The translations under genes and the position numbers were made by a program. Below are positions 8,836 through 18,694 of a stretch of 28,967 nt of DNA, one piece after another. Each line of letters opens with the position of its first letter. The first letter of the stretch is position 1. The notes under the pieces were generated by a model, which saw only the letters and a list, made by a program, of their open reading frames with translations, made no database searches and was not told where the DNA came from. The DNA lies in the IMG/VR virus record IMGVR_UViG_3300044513_003272, positions 1 through 28,967 of that record; one strand, written 5' to 3'. This DNA comes from a virus. Taxonomy: Duplodnaviria; Caudoviricetes.

Positions 8836-8962
8836 ACAAAAGTTTACGCATTACGTACCAAGACCAAAACCTAGAAAACGACCTCGAAAACATATAAAGA
8901 GTCCTAATAAAAAAAAGAAGTTGCAACATAATAAAAAATATAATAGACAAGGAAGAGGATGA
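8828..8962 (+). CDS. Small highly basic protein (44 aa), missed by the ORF track
   Basis: MAKQKFTHYVPRPKPRKRPRKHIKSPNKKKKLQHNKKYNRQGRG*. It fills the gap exactly and has an ATGA overlap with the next gene. Confidence 0.7.
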   Translation: MAKQKFTHYVPRPKPRKRPRKHIKSPNKKKKLQHNKKYNRQGRG

Positions 8963-9156
8963 GCGATTTAATTAAAATACCTGCTGAAGCAAAAGAAATT
9001 ATAAAGCATAAAAGAACTGGTAAAGTATATGCTAGTAAAGAAGATTTTGATGCCGATGTAGCAGATCCCAACACTGATACAACTCAAGATGATTTTAGAC
9101 AAGATTTAGAAATTAAAGTGACAAGAGTCACAATGGGTGCTAAAACAAAAAAATAA
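8959..9156 (+). CDS. Hypothetical protein (65 aa)
   Basis: ORF coupled on both sides (ATGA, TAATG). Confidence 0.7.
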   Translation: MSDLIKIPAEAKEIIKHKRTGKVYASKEDFDADVADPNTDTTQDDFRQDLEIKVTRVTMGAKTKK

Positions 9157-10091
9157 TGAAACCTAGAGGAGCCACTGAGCTACAAATGGAAATGCTGCAC
9201 AAGCATGTTCCAAAAGAATTATTAGATCAAGTACAGATATGCACATCTGTTCCTGGTAAAGTTCCAATTGATAAAAATAAACTCAATATTCTTTGGCAAA
9301 AAAATTCATATGACCAACCAAACTTACAAGAGTTTTTTGGTAACAAAGAAAGACATAAAGAATATGATTGGTATGTATTTAATTCTCACTGGAACTATGA
9401 AAAGTTTAGGTACTTTTTTGATATACCTACAGATCGTTGTGTAGTTATTAAAAATGGTTGTACCTCATTTCCTAAAAGAAAAGTTTATAAAAAAGGTAAA
9501 CCTATTAAAATTATACATCACAATACTCCATGGAGAGGTTTAAATGTAATGTTACGTGCGATGCAAGAAATAAAAGATCCAAATATTACTCTGGATGTTT
9601 ATTCTTCTACACAAGTCTATGGCGATGATTTTAAAAAACAAAATGATGATCAATTTAAACCTTTATACGAACAAGCAGAACAACTACCAAATGTAAATTA
9701 TATTGGTTATAAACCTAATGAGTATATTTTAAAACATATGACAGACTATGATTTATATGTTTACCCAAGTGTATTTGAAGAAACTTTCTGTGCATCTGCC
9801 TTAGAAGCTTTGGCTGCAGGAGTTCATGTGATTACCAACAACTACGGTGCTTTGTATGAAACATGTTCTGAATGGCCTGTATATGTAAATTATTCAGATG
9901 ACTATGAACAAATGGCTAGAGATACTGCTGCAGGGATTCAAGTAGCAGCAAGTTATTTACATGAACCCTATATTCAAAACCATTTAGAGAACCAACAAAA
10001 ATTTTTTAAAAGATTCTATAGTTGGGAAAAAAAGGGACAAGAGTGGGAAGGATTTTTAAGAGGAGCGTTGAGTGAGCGAAATAAAGCCTAG
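9156..10091 (+). CDS. Glycosyltransferase, GT-B fold (GT4/Glycos_transf_1-like)
   Basis: PWRGL, YVYPS and EETFCASALEALAAG (E-x7-E nucleotide-sugar motif), followed by GALYET. Confidence 0.88.
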   Translation: MKPRGATELQMEMLHKHVPKELLDQVQICTSVPGKVPIDKNKLNILWQKNSYDQPNLQEFFGNKERHKEYDWYVFNSHWNYEKFRYFFDIPTDRCVVIKNGCTSFPKRKVYKKGKPIKIIHHNTPWRGLNVMLRAMQEIKDPNITLDVYSSTQVYGDDFKKQNDDQFKPLYEQAEQLPNVNYIGYKPNEYILKHMTDYDLYVYPSVFEETFCASALEALAAGVHVITNNYGALYETCSEWPVYVNYSDDYEQMARDTAAGIQVAASYLHEPYIQNHLENQQKFFKRFYSWEKKGQEWEGFLRGALSERNKA

Positions 10092-10923
10092 ACCTAAATT
10101 AATTGATGGAGCTAAAAAGTTTACTCCAATGTGGAAAACGAACACCGGACAACGGACAAAGAACAAATCTAATATATCTATCTTTGTTGCAACACCAGTA
10201 CATGACCAATGTTCAATACATTATGCTCAAGGATTATTAGAATTTCAAAAGCTTTGTTTTCATAAAAATGTAGAAGTTACATTTCAAATCATGAAATCCT
10301 CTTTGGTTACACAAGGTAGAAACTTATGTGTGTCTGGTTTTTTAGAATCTAATTGTACCCATATGTTATTTGTAGATTCAGATATTTTATTTAATGCTGA
10401 ATCTATATTTAAAATGATTGAAAGGAATAAGGATATTATTTCAATACCTTATCCATTAAAGACCATGAGGTGGGATAAAGCTTATGATAAATTTAAAAAA
10501 GGTGAAATAAAAAGTGCTGAAGATTTAAGTAAATGGACTAATGTTTACCCTATGAAAATAGCAGATGACCATGATGATGTTCAAGTTGAAAGAGGAGTTA
10601 TTGAAGTAACCCACAGTCCAACAGGTTGTATGTTAATTAAAAGACAAGTATTTGACAAAATGATTAAAGATTATCCAGATAAAGAGATAGTTCAAAAGAC
10701 TGTAATCAATGGTGAGTATGTAACTAAGCCTCATATGTGGAACTTTTTTGACTGTATTCATGACCCAGAAACTAAGACTTATTTAGGTGAAGATTTTGCC
10801 TTCTGTAAGTTATGGAGAGACAAGGGTGGTAAATGTTATGCATTTATTGACGACCCTATTGCACACGTTGGTGAGCATCAATATGAAGGACGTTTTGCTG
10901 ATGAGTTGATATTACCTAAGTAA
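10072..10923 (+). CDS. Glycosyltransferase, GT-A fold-like
   Basis: IFVATP, SLVTQGRN, THMLFVDSD (DxD), TGCMLIKR, GEDFAFC and HVG motifs. Confidence 0.8.
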   Translation: MSEIKPRPKLIDGAKKFTPMWKTNTGQRTKNKSNISIFVATPVHDQCSIHYAQGLLEFQKLCFHKNVEVTFQIMKSSLVTQGRNLCVSGFLESNCTHMLFVDSDILFNAESIFKMIERNKDIISIPYPLKTMRWDKAYDKFKKGEIKSAEDLSKWTNVYPMKIADDHDDVQVERGVIEVTHSPTGCMLIKRQVFDKMIKDYPDKEIVQKTVINGEYVTKPHMWNFFDCIHDPETKTYLGEDFAFCKLWRDKGGKCYAFIDDPIAHVGEHQYEGRFADELILPK

Positions 10924-10934
10924 AATGGTAATAT
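10906..10934 (+). promoter_or_regulatory. Putative sigma70 promoter with extended -10
   Basis: TTGATA (10906-10911)-N17-TAATAT (10929-10934), preceded by TGn. AAGGAG SD at 10954-10959. Confidence 0.55.
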
Positions 10935-10970
10935 TTGCTATTAAAGATCTTTAAAGGAGAATTGTATTAC

Positions 10971-11960
10971 ATGTTAAATCTTTTACCCTACGCATTAGCA
11001 GCATATGGTGGTTATCAAGGATATCAAGGAGCAAAAGAAAGAGGTGCTTCTGGTATTGGTAGATTACTAGGTGCAGCAGGAGGTGCTTATGGAGGTTATC
11101 AATTAGGACAAGTAGGTGGTTTTGCAAAAGATGCAGGCTTTACTCCTTATTCTCAATTGGGACAACAGTATTCATTTTTATCAGGTCTTCCAGGACAACG
11201 AGCGGCTGGTCCAGTTCAAACCTTTCCTATGAAGGGTGCTGATCCGGGAACACTACAAGGTATAGTTGGTACTGAAGGTGAAGCAAAAACTAATGGCGGA
11301 TCACTATTAGATATTTTAAGAAAATCACCAGGTGGTGAGTATGATCCTTTAAAAGTATCTTTAGCTGCAGGAGCTATTCCATTAGCCTTAGGTGCGTTTG
11401 ATCAAGCACCACAAGATATTTACATGCCTGGATATAACATGAGTTATTTACAATTAAGAGATAAAAGACCTGGATACACATATATTGATCCAACAACTGG
11501 TGAAGAAAAAGCTTACGAAAAAGTTTATGCGCCTGAAGAACAAGGTTTAGGTGATAGAAGAATGGGTCCTTATTCAATGAATGTGCAAAGACTACGAACA
11601 GGTGGTATAGCAGAAATACAAAAATTTAATGAAGGTGGTATTAACTATCTTCCATCAAAAGTTTCTCATGACGAAAATGATGCTAACAATTATGTTAGAG
11701 CATCGGGTTATGTAGAGGACGGATCTGGAAACGGAGACAAGGACGAAGATACAATGTTAGCTCAATTAGCAGACGGAGAGTTTGTAACAAGAGCAGATGG
11801 AGTATTAGGTGCTGGAATCATAGCTGGAGCAAATCCAAATAGTATGAAAGATATGAGAGAAAAAGGCGCTAAATATTTCTACGAACAACAAGCAAGATAC
11901 AAAAGAGTATTTGATTTATTGAAGGAGAAAAATGGCGACAGCAAACAAAAAACAAATTAA
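10971..11960 (+). CDS. Putative internal virion protein
   Basis: Gly/Ala-rich hydrophobic N-terminus and a C-terminal D-x-x-x-A-x-L-x-D-G-E-F-V motif seen in phage virion proteins. Start at ATG 10971 after the SD. Confidence 0.6.
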   Translation: MLNLLPYALAAYGGYQGYQGAKERGASGIGRLLGAAGGAYGGYQLGQVGGFAKDAGFTPYSQLGQQYSFLSGLPGQRAAGPVQTFPMKGADPGTLQGIVGTEGEAKTNGGSLLDILRKSPGGEYDPLKVSLAAGAIPLALGAFDQAPQDIYMPGYNMSYLQLRDKRPGYTYIDPTTGEEKAYEKVYAPEEQGLGDRRMGPYSMNVQRLRTGGIAEIQKFNEGGINYLPSKVSHDENDANNYVRASGYVEDGSGNGDKDEDTMLAQLADGEFVTRADGVLGAGIIAGANPNSMKDMREKGAKYFYEQQARYKRVFDLLKEKNGDSKQKTN

Positions 11961-12393
11961 ACCTTTAGTTAGTATTTTACCATTAGAGCCAAAAGACATT
12001 GAAAAGTTTTGGCCACTTGCTGAATTTATGGTAGCTGAAGCATTAGCATTCTCAGGTAAATATGCAGACTCTTCTTGGGTAATGGACAATTTAAAAAAAG
12101 ATTTAATGCAATGTTGGATTATGTTTGGATCTGACGAGTCTGAAGAAAATAAAGTATTTGGTATCTGTGTTGGGCGTATTGCAGAAATGCCAAACTATAA
12201 TCAATACGAAATAGTAATTTGCACTGGTAAAAGAAGGGATCTTTGGGAAGATGCTTTAATACAAAGCGTTACAGAATTTGCTACAGTCAATAAATGTAAA
12301 AGACTTAGCATCATGGCCAGACCTGGTTGGGAAAGAATATCCAAAAAATGGGGATGGAAAAAGAAACATGTACAATTAGAGAGATGGATATAA
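11932..12393 (+). CDS. GNAT-like protein of the podovirus ejection module
   Basis: AAGGAG SD. C-terminal FA...CKRLSIMARPGWER..KKWGW pattern, and position just before the ejection proteins. Confidence 0.5.
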   Translation: MATANKKQIKPLVSILPLEPKDIEKFWPLAEFMVAEALAFSGKYADSSWVMDNLKKDLMQCWIMFGSDESEENKVFGICVGRIAEMPNYNQYEIVICTGKRRDLWEDALIQSVTEFATVNKCKRLSIMARPGWERISKKWGWKKKHVQLERWI

Positions 12394-12394
12394 T

Positions 12395-13243
12395 ATGAGT
12401 TTTTTTGGAGGAGGAAGATCATCAGCACCGGCAGCACCTAGCGCACAAACATCGTTTGTAAGGGAAGCTCCTGGTATAGAAGAAAGAAAAATAGAGTTAA
12501 TGGACATTGCGCGACAGGTAGCGCAAGAGCCTATAAACTTACCTGATATTCAAGTAGCGCCTTTATCTGGATTAGAACAATTAGGAATGACTCAAGCTGG
12601 TACTACTGGTGTTGGGGCAGGAACACTTGGCCAAGGTATTTCACAAATACAAGGTGCAGCAGGTCCAATTGGTGCATCAGATATTGCACAATATTTAAAT
12701 CCTTACCAACAATATGTAACTGGTGAAATTGGTAGACAAGCTCAGATGATGCAAAATCAATTAGGCGCACAAGCTGTGGGCAGTGGTGCATTTGGTGGAG
12801 GAAGACAAGGAGTGGCTCAAGCTGAAATTGCTAATAGAGCTTTAGAAGCTATGGGTAGAGCACAGCAACAAGGATTCACTACTGCATTAGGTGCAGCTCA
12901 AAGACAACAACAAGTTGGTTTAGCTGCAGGTCAACAATTAGGAGCATTAGGTGGACAGCAACAGCAAATGGCTCAACAAGATATTAATCAATTGTTTGGT
13001 GCAGGTGGAGTACAAAGACAATTAGCGCAAGCTGCTTTAGATGCTCAAAGACAATCTACATTACAACAACAATACGAACCATACCAAAGAGCTGAATTCT
13101 TAGCTAACTTGTATGCAGCAGGACCTAAATCACAATCAGGAATAACTATGGGAACAGCTCCAACAACAAGTCCATTAGCACAAGCAGTAGGTACTGGTAT
13201 AGGAGCATTCACAGCATATCAAGGTGTTCAACCAAATCAATAG
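12395..13243 (+). CDS. Internal virion/DNA ejection (pilot-like) protein
   Basis: Q/A/G-rich helical protein with YLNPY, GAFGGGRQG and a C-terminal Gly-zipper. Confidence 0.6.
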   Translation: MSFFGGGRSSAPAAPSAQTSFVREAPGIEERKIELMDIARQVAQEPINLPDIQVAPLSGLEQLGMTQAGTTGVGAGTLGQGISQIQGAAGPIGASDIAQYLNPYQQYVTGEIGRQAQMMQNQLGAQAVGSGAFGGGRQGVAQAEIANRALEAMGRAQQQGFTTALGAAQRQQQVGLAAGQQLGALGGQQQQMAQQDINQLFGAGGVQRQLAQAALDAQRQSTLQQQYEPYQRAEFLANLYAAGPKSQSGITMGTAPTTSPLAQAVGTGIGAFTAYQGVQPNQ

Positions 13244-13251
13244 GAGGATCA

Positions 13252-15450
13252 ATGGCTATAGACAAAGTTTTAAATCGTCCTATGTTTAGAAAAGCTGCAC
13301 TTCAAAAAGGTCATTTAAAACCTATCAAAGCTAACGTGGGTATTATGGTTGGGCAACCTTATAGTTCTCCAAACGTACCTGCAGTAGTGCCTGGACAAGG
13401 AACATATTCTCCGGTTAACACACAACGTTTTGGACCACCAAAACCTACTATGTTTCAAAATTTTATGAGAAACCCTATCGTAAGAAGTTTAAGACCTAGA
13501 AATATCATTCCTTTTGAACTTGGTTATATGGGAACTGGTAAAGTTTTAGATTATGCAGATCCAAACAAAGAATTAGGTGGTATTACAAGATTTGGTTTAC
13601 AAACATTAGGTGGTTTAGGTGCTATGAAAATTCCAGGTGCATCTGCTTTAGCTTCAGGACCAGGAATTATAGCATTAGGATCTGCTTACGGATTAAAAAA
13701 TAGATACGATGCAGGTAAAAAAGAATTAGCAAGAATTAAAGCTATGTCTCCAGCGGAGTATGAAGAGTTTAAAAGAATGAATGAAATTAAAGCATTAGAA
13801 GGTGAAGCAGGCGGATTTACTGATGAAGAATTATTTGGGAAATTTGTACCTAAAGAAAAATTACCGTCAGTTGAACCTAAAACAACTTTAGAAAAAAGAA
13901 AAAGAGCTAGAGGTGTAAGACCTGAAACTGAATCTGTTACAGATAAACTTGTAGCTGAAGATAATAGAGCAACAATAGATAATCAGTTAGTAGACATTGA
14001 TAAAGTAGTTAAAAATCAACGTCCTAGAATGGATGAGATTGCAGGAGGTGGTCCAACAGAACCTCAAAAACCACAACAAATTAAAACTACTACAGTTACA
14101 GAGCAGGAAAATGAAAAGAAAACAGATCAACAAGCAAACGCTAATGTTGTAACGGCAGGTGCTAAAACAGATTTAAACAAACCAGGTAAAATAACAGCAG
14201 CTGACGGATCACAAGTGACGGACAGTGTTATTGAAAGAGCTAAACAAATTAGAAAAGAATTAATGGCTGGTCAATCATCTCAAGCTAAATTAGTTTTTTT
14301 AGCTAATCTTGCATCTGGATTATTAACTGGAACAACAACTAAAGGTGGTATAGGTGGAGCGATAGAAGTATTTGGTAAATCAATTGGACCAGCAGTAAAT
14401 AATTATGCTGCAATTAAATTAAAAGAAAACGAATTAGAAAATGAATTTATGTCTGATGCATTAGAGCTTGCACAAGAAGAATTTGAAGCAAGAAATGCTA
14501 TTTTAGAAGCACCTGATTTTCCTGATGCAACTGCAGGTATCATTCAATTCTCTGACGAAAGAGGTAATGTAAGAAACATGTCTGCTAGACAACTTAAAGA
14601 TGGCACTATTCAAATAGCTGTGCCAGGACAAACAGATCAGTTTGGAAGACAACTATTTCAAACAGCACCTGTTGGAACTTTTGATAGATTTGTAGACGCT
14701 CAATATGCAACGAAAGAACAAGGTGAAACACTAAGAAATTTATCCGGTAAATACAAAGCTTACAACCTTGGTAGAAAAACAATTGATATTTTAAGAGAAG
14801 CAGAAGGTGCAGATAAAAAGTTTGCGGGTCCTGCTGGTCGATTCAATTTATTTACTACACGTTTAGGTGATGCATTAGATGATGTGGGTTTAAGTTTTGC
14901 AGGATCTAAAGAGGAGGGTTTAAGACAGATTGAAGAACTCAAAGATGACTACGTAAGAGATTTAGTAAATGATGGTATGTCAGAAGAAGAAGCTAGAAAT
15001 TTCCTAGATAAAAACTTTGGTAAGACAGATAAATTATTTGCAGATACATTAAAATCTATGGGTATGTTTAGAGATGAAACTGATGCTGCTAACCTTGAAA
15101 GATTAGCAATCAATGAAACAATCTTAACATATGCACTTGCAAACTCATTAAAAGACAAAGATAGATTAACACAAAAAGATATTCAAATGGCTAAAGATCT
15201 TGTTAATATCTTCCCATTATTAAGAGGTCAAAAACAAGTTATTAAATCACTTGAAGCAGTTAATGAAACAATTCTTGCTGATATATCACGACTAGAAAAT
15301 GATTATCAATTCTCATTCTTTGGTGACTCATCGACAATTGATAACTACAGAAGAAAATATGGTATCATGGGTCCAGAAGCTGTTTCTACAAATCAAATAG
15401 TAAATCCTTTCAAAGATCAAAGCACACAAGAATTGTTGGAGACTTTCTAA
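13252..15450 (+). CDS. Large internal virion/DNA ejection protein
   Basis: 732 aa, AGGAGG SD, helical composition, second of three size-ascending genes typical of podovirus ejectosomes. Confidence 0.55.
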   Translation: MAIDKVLNRPMFRKAALQKGHLKPIKANVGIMVGQPYSSPNVPAVVPGQGTYSPVNTQRFGPPKPTMFQNFMRNPIVRSLRPRNIIPFELGYMGTGKVLDYADPNKELGGITRFGLQTLGGLGAMKIPGASALASGPGIIALGSAYGLKNRYDAGKKELARIKAMSPAEYEEFKRMNEIKALEGEAGGFTDEELFGKFVPKEKLPSVEPKTTLEKRKRARGVRPETESVTDKLVAEDNRATIDNQLVDIDKVVKNQRPRMDEIAGGGPTEPQKPQQIKTTTVTEQENEKKTDQQANANVVTAGAKTDLNKPGKITAADGSQVTDSVIERAKQIRKELMAGQSSQAKLVFLANLASGLLTGTTTKGGIGGAIEVFGKSIGPAVNNYAAIKLKENELENEFMSDALELAQEEFEARNAILEAPDFPDATAGIIQFSDERGNVRNMSARQLKDGTIQIAVPGQTDQFGRQLFQTAPVGTFDRFVDAQYATKEQGETLRNLSGKYKAYNLGRKTIDILREAEGADKKFAGPAGRFNLFTTRLGDALDDVGLSFAGSKEEGLRQIEELKDDYVRDLVNDGMSEEEARNFLDKNFGKTDKLFADTLKSMGMFRDETDAANLERLAINETILTYALANSLKDKDRLTQKDIQMAKDLVNIFPLLRGQKQVIKSLEAVNETILADISRLENDYQFSFFGDSSTIDNYRRKYGIMGPEAVSTNQIVNPFKDQSTQELLETF

Positions 15451-18400
15451 TGGCTATAACAAAAGAAGAACTTCAAAAAAGACTTGATGATAAATCTTTA
15501 GATCCATCAAAGTTAAATCAAAGACAAAGACAAATCATTGATGAACTTATTGATAGAGGTGAATTAAAAGGTCCTAAAATGTCAGTGCTTGGTGCACAGA
15601 GAACTAAAGCTGCAAAAGACATAGCAAGAGCAGAAGAATTTTATAAAGATCCTATAGCTGCTGCACTTGATGCAGAAGATTCAATTTTTAAAGGTAGACC
15701 AACTGCAGAACTTGCAGGTGACTTATCAGGATCAATTGCACCCTATGTTACAATGAGAAAAAAAATTTTTGGTGCAGCTAAATCAGGGAACTTATGGCAA
15801 AGAGGACCAGGTAAATTTTTACAAGGCGCTACTAAAGTTGCAGACAAATTACCAGGACGATTTAAATTATTAGGTGGTGCCTTAAAATTAGTTGCAAGAG
15901 TAGCTGATGCCCCTGCTAAAGTAGTGAAAAGTCCTTTAGGTAGAGCAGAATTATATTCTGTACTAGGTGGATCTGTAGGTGCGGGAACAGGATCTGTAAC
16001 ATATGATATGTTAAATGAACAAGCTGGATTAACAATTGCAAATGCAATCACTGATGAATTTGCTGATTTACCAGACAGAGATATTGATCAAGATATATTA
16101 CTAAATGCAGCACAAGCAACAAAGACTGCTGCTTACTGGAATGCGGGAGCTGCAGCACTTACACCATTTATTAGTGGCCCCTTAGGTAAATTAGGAAATA
16201 AATTATTTGGAACAAAAGGTGCTAAAGCAAAAGAACTCGCAGAGTATGCAAGAGATAAAGGATTACCACTACCACTTAATACAGCAATTGAAGATGGTAT
16301 GTTATCTGATGTTGGTAGAAATTATTTTAAAACGGTTGGTGTATTTCCATTTGTATCTGGAATAGGTAGATCTGCATTAGAAGGAGCTGAACAAGCAGCA
16401 GGTAAACAATATTTAAATTCATTAGCAGAGTTTGCACCTATTATGAAAACATCTGCCTTATCATCATCAATCTACAATCAAGCAGCTAAAGTGTTTCAAG
16501 AAAGATCTGCATTGATTGGTGCTAAATATAAAGCTTTTGATACATTGGCTGACACTGTAGGTAACCCTAAAGTCATTAGGATGACAAATTTACAAAAAAG
16601 AGCTAGGGAATTTTTAAATCAAAATAGTCAAATGTTTCCTGAACTAACTGGTTATGTTTCAGGTGTACGTGAGATAGATATAAAAAATATAGATAAACTT
16701 TTAAAAGCTGAAGGCGATCCATTAAATTTATTCATGCAAGCATCTGTAGCTATTAGTGATGAAATGATTACTCCAAAACAATACAAAGGTTTAATGCAAA
16801 TGATGAATAGAGCGATTGAAGGCACACAATATCAAAACGTTAGAGCATCTATCTGGGGATTAAGAGAAGCTATGGAAAATGATTTAAATGCATTTGGATC
16901 AAACTTAACAAAAGACAATTTTTTAAAAGACCAAGGTATAAGAGAAACTTACGAAGAAATGACTAAGCAACAAGGTAAAGAGTTTGCTGATGGATTTATT
17001 AATAAAAATATTACTGATGCTGAACAATTATATAGTAAGCTTTATGATGCCAATGCAACATTCTCAAGTATTATGGGATTTTATCAAAAAATGGGTGTCC
17101 CTAAAAAACTAAGAGCATTTGATAGCACATTATTTACTAATAAAGGTGTTAACAATATTTTAGGTACAGAAAGATTATCAAGAGACCAAGTATTTCAAAC
17201 TATGGAAAGAGATGTATTTGCATCTAACTCACCAGATGCAATAGAACAATTTAAAGTATTGATAGGTGCAACAGGATCAAAAGCAACGGACAACGGAAAA
17301 CGATTATTTGATGCAGCTAAATCAAGATATATGTTTAATGCTTTCTTATCTTCATTTGATACTGCAGGAAGTCCAGCAGCTCAATCAATCTTTAAAGATG
17401 TAGTTGGTCAATCTGCAGGAGTTAAAGCAGGAACTGAGTATGCACAAGATGCAATGAAAAGATTAGGAACTGAAGAATTACAAGCTGCAAGACAATTTAG
17501 TATTGACGATGTTAAATTAAATAATGGTATTTACGATATAAGCTCAATAAGATTTAGTCCAAAAGACTTTGCTGATTTTAATATTAACAAGTTTATGAAC
17601 AAACTTGGTATTGGTGAAGCGACCTCTGATATTGGTAGAGAGAAGATGGTTAAGTTGTTAGGCCAAGATGGAACTAATGAATTTTACAAATTTACGAATT
17701 ATATGAAAGCGATTTCGGATATTCCTCTGTCCGATACATCTACCTTCTTACAGAGAAGAATGACACTCGGGTCATTCGGATCTGTAGCTGGTGGTATGTT
17801 TGTTGGAGCAGGAATGTTTACAGTTAACCCATTTGCACCAGCAATATTTTTATTATTGGCTAGACGTGCAGGAAGAATGTTAACCGACCCAACTGCAATT
17901 AGATATATGAATGATGCATTGTTACCTGAAGAAATGATTAAAGGTTTAAAAGGTAAGAAGATTGGATTTGATAATAAGTTTAGTATTAGAAGTATTAATC
18001 CTAAATTAACTGCAGCAGGTTTAACTCAAAAGAGAGAAGCGTTTGCAAGATTAATGAATTACTTATCGGATGAAGATAAAGATTTACCAAGAGTAAATCC
18101 TAAGACAGTTGATCCAAAAGCTATTCAACAAGAATTATTAAATCAAAGTTATAAAATTGAACAACCTATTTATGATGAAAAAAATTTACCAAAAGAAACA
18201 GTAGAGTCTATGTTTGCAGAAGACTTTACAGGATCATCAGGTAATGTTGAAACTGATAATCAAATGGTGGATTACTTACAATCGTCTTTAAGAAACAGAG
18301 AAGAAGTTGAAGTTGATGAAGCTGCAAGAAACGTTGAAGCTGATCAAGGTATGATAACTGAAGGTATTGAAGATCAATTAATTAACCCTGTGCAACAACC

Positions 18401-18506
18401 AGCAGCACCGTCTACCGGACAAGCGACACCGCAAACCGTACAAGCTTTATTCCCTAACGATCCGTTAAGTGCACAAATAGCTGCAAGAAGACAAGGACAA
18501 TCATAA
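15450..18506 (+). CDS. Largest internal virion/DNA ejection protein
   Basis: 1018 aa Ala/Gly-rich helical protein with hydrophobic Gly-rich segments, TAATG coupled. Confidence 0.55.
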   Translation: MAITKEELQKRLDDKSLDPSKLNQRQRQIIDELIDRGELKGPKMSVLGAQRTKAAKDIARAEEFYKDPIAAALDAEDSIFKGRPTAELAGDLSGSIAPYVTMRKKIFGAAKSGNLWQRGPGKFLQGATKVADKLPGRFKLLGGALKLVARVADAPAKVVKSPLGRAELYSVLGGSVGAGTGSVTYDMLNEQAGLTIANAITDEFADLPDRDIDQDILLNAAQATKTAAYWNAGAAALTPFISGPLGKLGNKLFGTKGAKAKELAEYARDKGLPLPLNTAIEDGMLSDVGRNYFKTVGVFPFVSGIGRSALEGAEQAAGKQYLNSLAEFAPIMKTSALSSSIYNQAAKVFQERSALIGAKYKAFDTLADTVGNPKVIRMTNLQKRAREFLNQNSQMFPELTGYVSGVREIDIKNIDKLLKAEGDPLNLFMQASVAISDEMITPKQYKGLMQMMNRAIEGTQYQNVRASIWGLREAMENDLNAFGSNLTKDNFLKDQGIRETYEEMTKQQGKEFADGFINKNITDAEQLYSKLYDANATFSSIMGFYQKMGVPKKLRAFDSTLFTNKGVNNILGTERLSRDQVFQTMERDVFASNSPDAIEQFKVLIGATGSKATDNGKRLFDAAKSRYMFNAFLSSFDTAGSPAAQSIFKDVVGQSAGVKAGTEYAQDAMKRLGTEELQAARQFSIDDVKLNNGIYDISSIRFSPKDFADFNINKFMNKLGIGEATSDIGREKMVKLLGQDGTNEFYKFTNYMKAISDIPLSDTSTFLQRRMTLGSFGSVAGGMFVGAGMFTVNPFAPAIFLLLARRAGRMLTDPTAIRYMNDALLPEEMIKGLKGKKIGFDNKFSIRSINPKLTAAGLTQKREAFARLMNYLSDEDKDLPRVNPKTVDPKAIQQELLNQSYKIEQPIYDEKNLPKETVESMFAEDFTGSSGNVETDNQMVDYLQSSLRNREEVEVDEAARNVEADQGMITEGIEDQLINPVQQPAAPSTGQATPQTVQALFPNDPLSAQIAARRQGQS

Positions 18507-18682
18507 TGCCTAGAAAATCTGCTTTAGAAAAAATAGAATATCATGAAAAAGTCTGTAGAATCATGCAGAAACAAACATTTGATAAGATAGAAAAAATGGA
18601 AGCTAGAATTCTAAGAATGGAAAAATTTATTATTGGTGGCTTAACTGCAATACTTTTAGCTGTACTTTCAAATCATCTGTAG
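18506..18682 (+). CDS. Small coiled-coil plus single TM protein (holin/XhlA-like), missed by the ORF track
   Basis: MPRKSALEKIEYHEKVCRIMQKQTFDKIEKMEARILRMEKFIIGGLTAILLAVLSNHL*, TAATG coupled, with a C-terminal hydrophobic helix. Confidence 0.65.
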   Translation: MPRKSALEKIEYHEKVCRIMQKQTFDKIEKMEARILRMEKFIIGGLTAILLAVLSNHL

Positions 18683-18694
18683 TATTAATGATGC

